This document shows, piece after piece, positions 62,760 through 64,000 of a DNA stretch of 64,000 nt (positions are counted from its first letter, which is position 1; every line of letters starts with the position of its first letter). Made by a program: the position numbers and the translations under genes. The notes under the pieces were generated by a model. It had not been told where the DNA came from, ran no database searches, and saw only the letters and a list, made by a program, of their open reading frames with translations. This DNA is from Rhina ancylostomus (Eukaryota), in NCBI GenBank assembly GCA_030265395.1, contig JARFYF010000022.1, forward strand, positions 38,630,484 to 38,694,483, in the 5' to 3' direction.

Positions 62760-63780
62760 CTAATTTTCCAATATGCAAGCCTTTCAGTATCTCAGTCAAC
62801 TGCTGCTTTCCCTAATGCTCCCATTTACTAATCTACCTTTTCCCCCTTCTTCCAGTCACTCCATTTATGCTATCTCCCTATTTAATATTGTCTACCCAGA
62901 TTTCTTCATTTTACTGGTTCCTTCCTCTAATTCTTTGATTTAGTAGAACCCTTCTCTAATTCTGCCCCCTCCCCACCACCACCGATTCCTCCATTAACAT
63001 TGTCTTCTCTTTCCTCTACTTACCTTTTGCCCATCTATACCCTTCCCATTTAGAGCGTTTTACATATTCTCCTATTTTAGTTTCCTCTCCCAATCATTGC
63101 TAAGCTGCTGTCCTCTTGTTCATTTATTTGTGCATGCCCTCCTACCATTTATTGATGTGCTCTCCAAATTCCCCCTTTAATGATAAACCTCGTACCCAAT
63201 CCCAGTATTCCCCACTTACTGCTGTTTCTCTCCCCAGTTTCTCATTTACTTGACCCCCTTCTTGTTTTACAGGTACTCTTCCTAATTCTACTGGTAACTG
63301 ATGTCCTTCCCGAATTCCACCAATCACTTTGTCCCTCCCTAATCAATCTATCGCATGGTGTCCACCCAAAATTTCCTCATTTATTGCCACCCNNNNNNNN
63401 NNNNNNGTCTCCCTTATTCCTGACGCTTCTTGCATTTACGTACACGCACTTCAGTCCATCCACCTTACTACTTTGATAGCCTGCGCTCTGCTTCTTCCAG
63501 AAAGTCTCTCTACCTGTTTGATCTATCTTTTCCCCATCCCCTTCTTCCTCTCCCTAATTCCCACTGTCTTCCTGTAATATTTTGCTCTTCTCACCTATTG
63601 ATTCTATTGTTGGTGCACTTGTTTAATTTGTTCTGAAACTGGTACTTATCAGCAATTCCCCCACTTGATTTTGCCTTCCTAATTTTACCTATTTACTGGT
63701 GACATTTACAACTCCCTTATTTATTGTTGCCTTCCACTTATTGTGGTTTCTACTAATGTGTTCTTCTAATTCTCATTCTT
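62760..63780. repeat. Pyrimidine-rich degenerate tandem/low-complexity tract
   Basis: Recurring ttcctaattc, ccatttactg and cccacttact motifs with strong C/T strand bias. Confidence 0.55.
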
Positions 63781-64000
63781 CTGTTACATTAAAAGATGGA
63801 CAGAGTTGGTCATTCAGTGTCTTTAACCTATTCTGCCATTTATGGCTGATGTGAATATCTTTTTATAACTTACAACAAAATCAGCATCTGAACCAAAAAT
63901 CAACTTTGTAGGTATTGCTGAACTCTGCCACACCTCATCCTAAATTCAGCAAACTATATTAATTTTGGTCTGCTTACCTGTGGAGTTCTTGATCCAAGGT

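Noticed and set aside
54253-64000. A complete nested SYCP1 gene
   Set aside because: Only one recognisable SYCP1 exon; I found no downstream F.NEK.SLKLEE or later coiled-coil exons by eye, and the following sequence is transposon debris and PPP1R12C exons.

Overview
Vertebrate genomic DNA. The repeat complement (CR1, L2, Rex1/Babar, Penelope, V-SINE-like and Deu-domain SINE relics) suggests a cartilaginous fish; this is inference. The whole window lies inside one + strand intron-exon gene of the myosin phosphatase targeting family, best matching PPP1R12C (MBS85) but keeping several MYPT1-type features. I reconstructed 20 phase-consistent GT-AG exons by hand (1306..62488), from the later ankyrin repeats to just before the C-terminal coiled coil; the start and stop codons lie outside the window. 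Most six-frame ORFs are noise or decayed transposon pieces. The main surprise is an isolated, open, splice-site-intact 165-bp exon at 54906..55070 encoding the conserved N-terminal helix of synaptonemal complex protein SYCP1. It sits on the same strand in a phase-0 intron of PPP1R12C and could splice in frame. Other notable items: a candidate internal promoter and alternative first exon (40178..40365) in phase with downstream exons, two cassette exons flanked by Rbfox motifs, a 17-nt microexon, palindromic Penelope ends with fossil hammerhead cores, and several decayed minisatellites. Protein homologies come from recalled sequences aligned by eye, not from a database search. Repeat boundaries are approximate.
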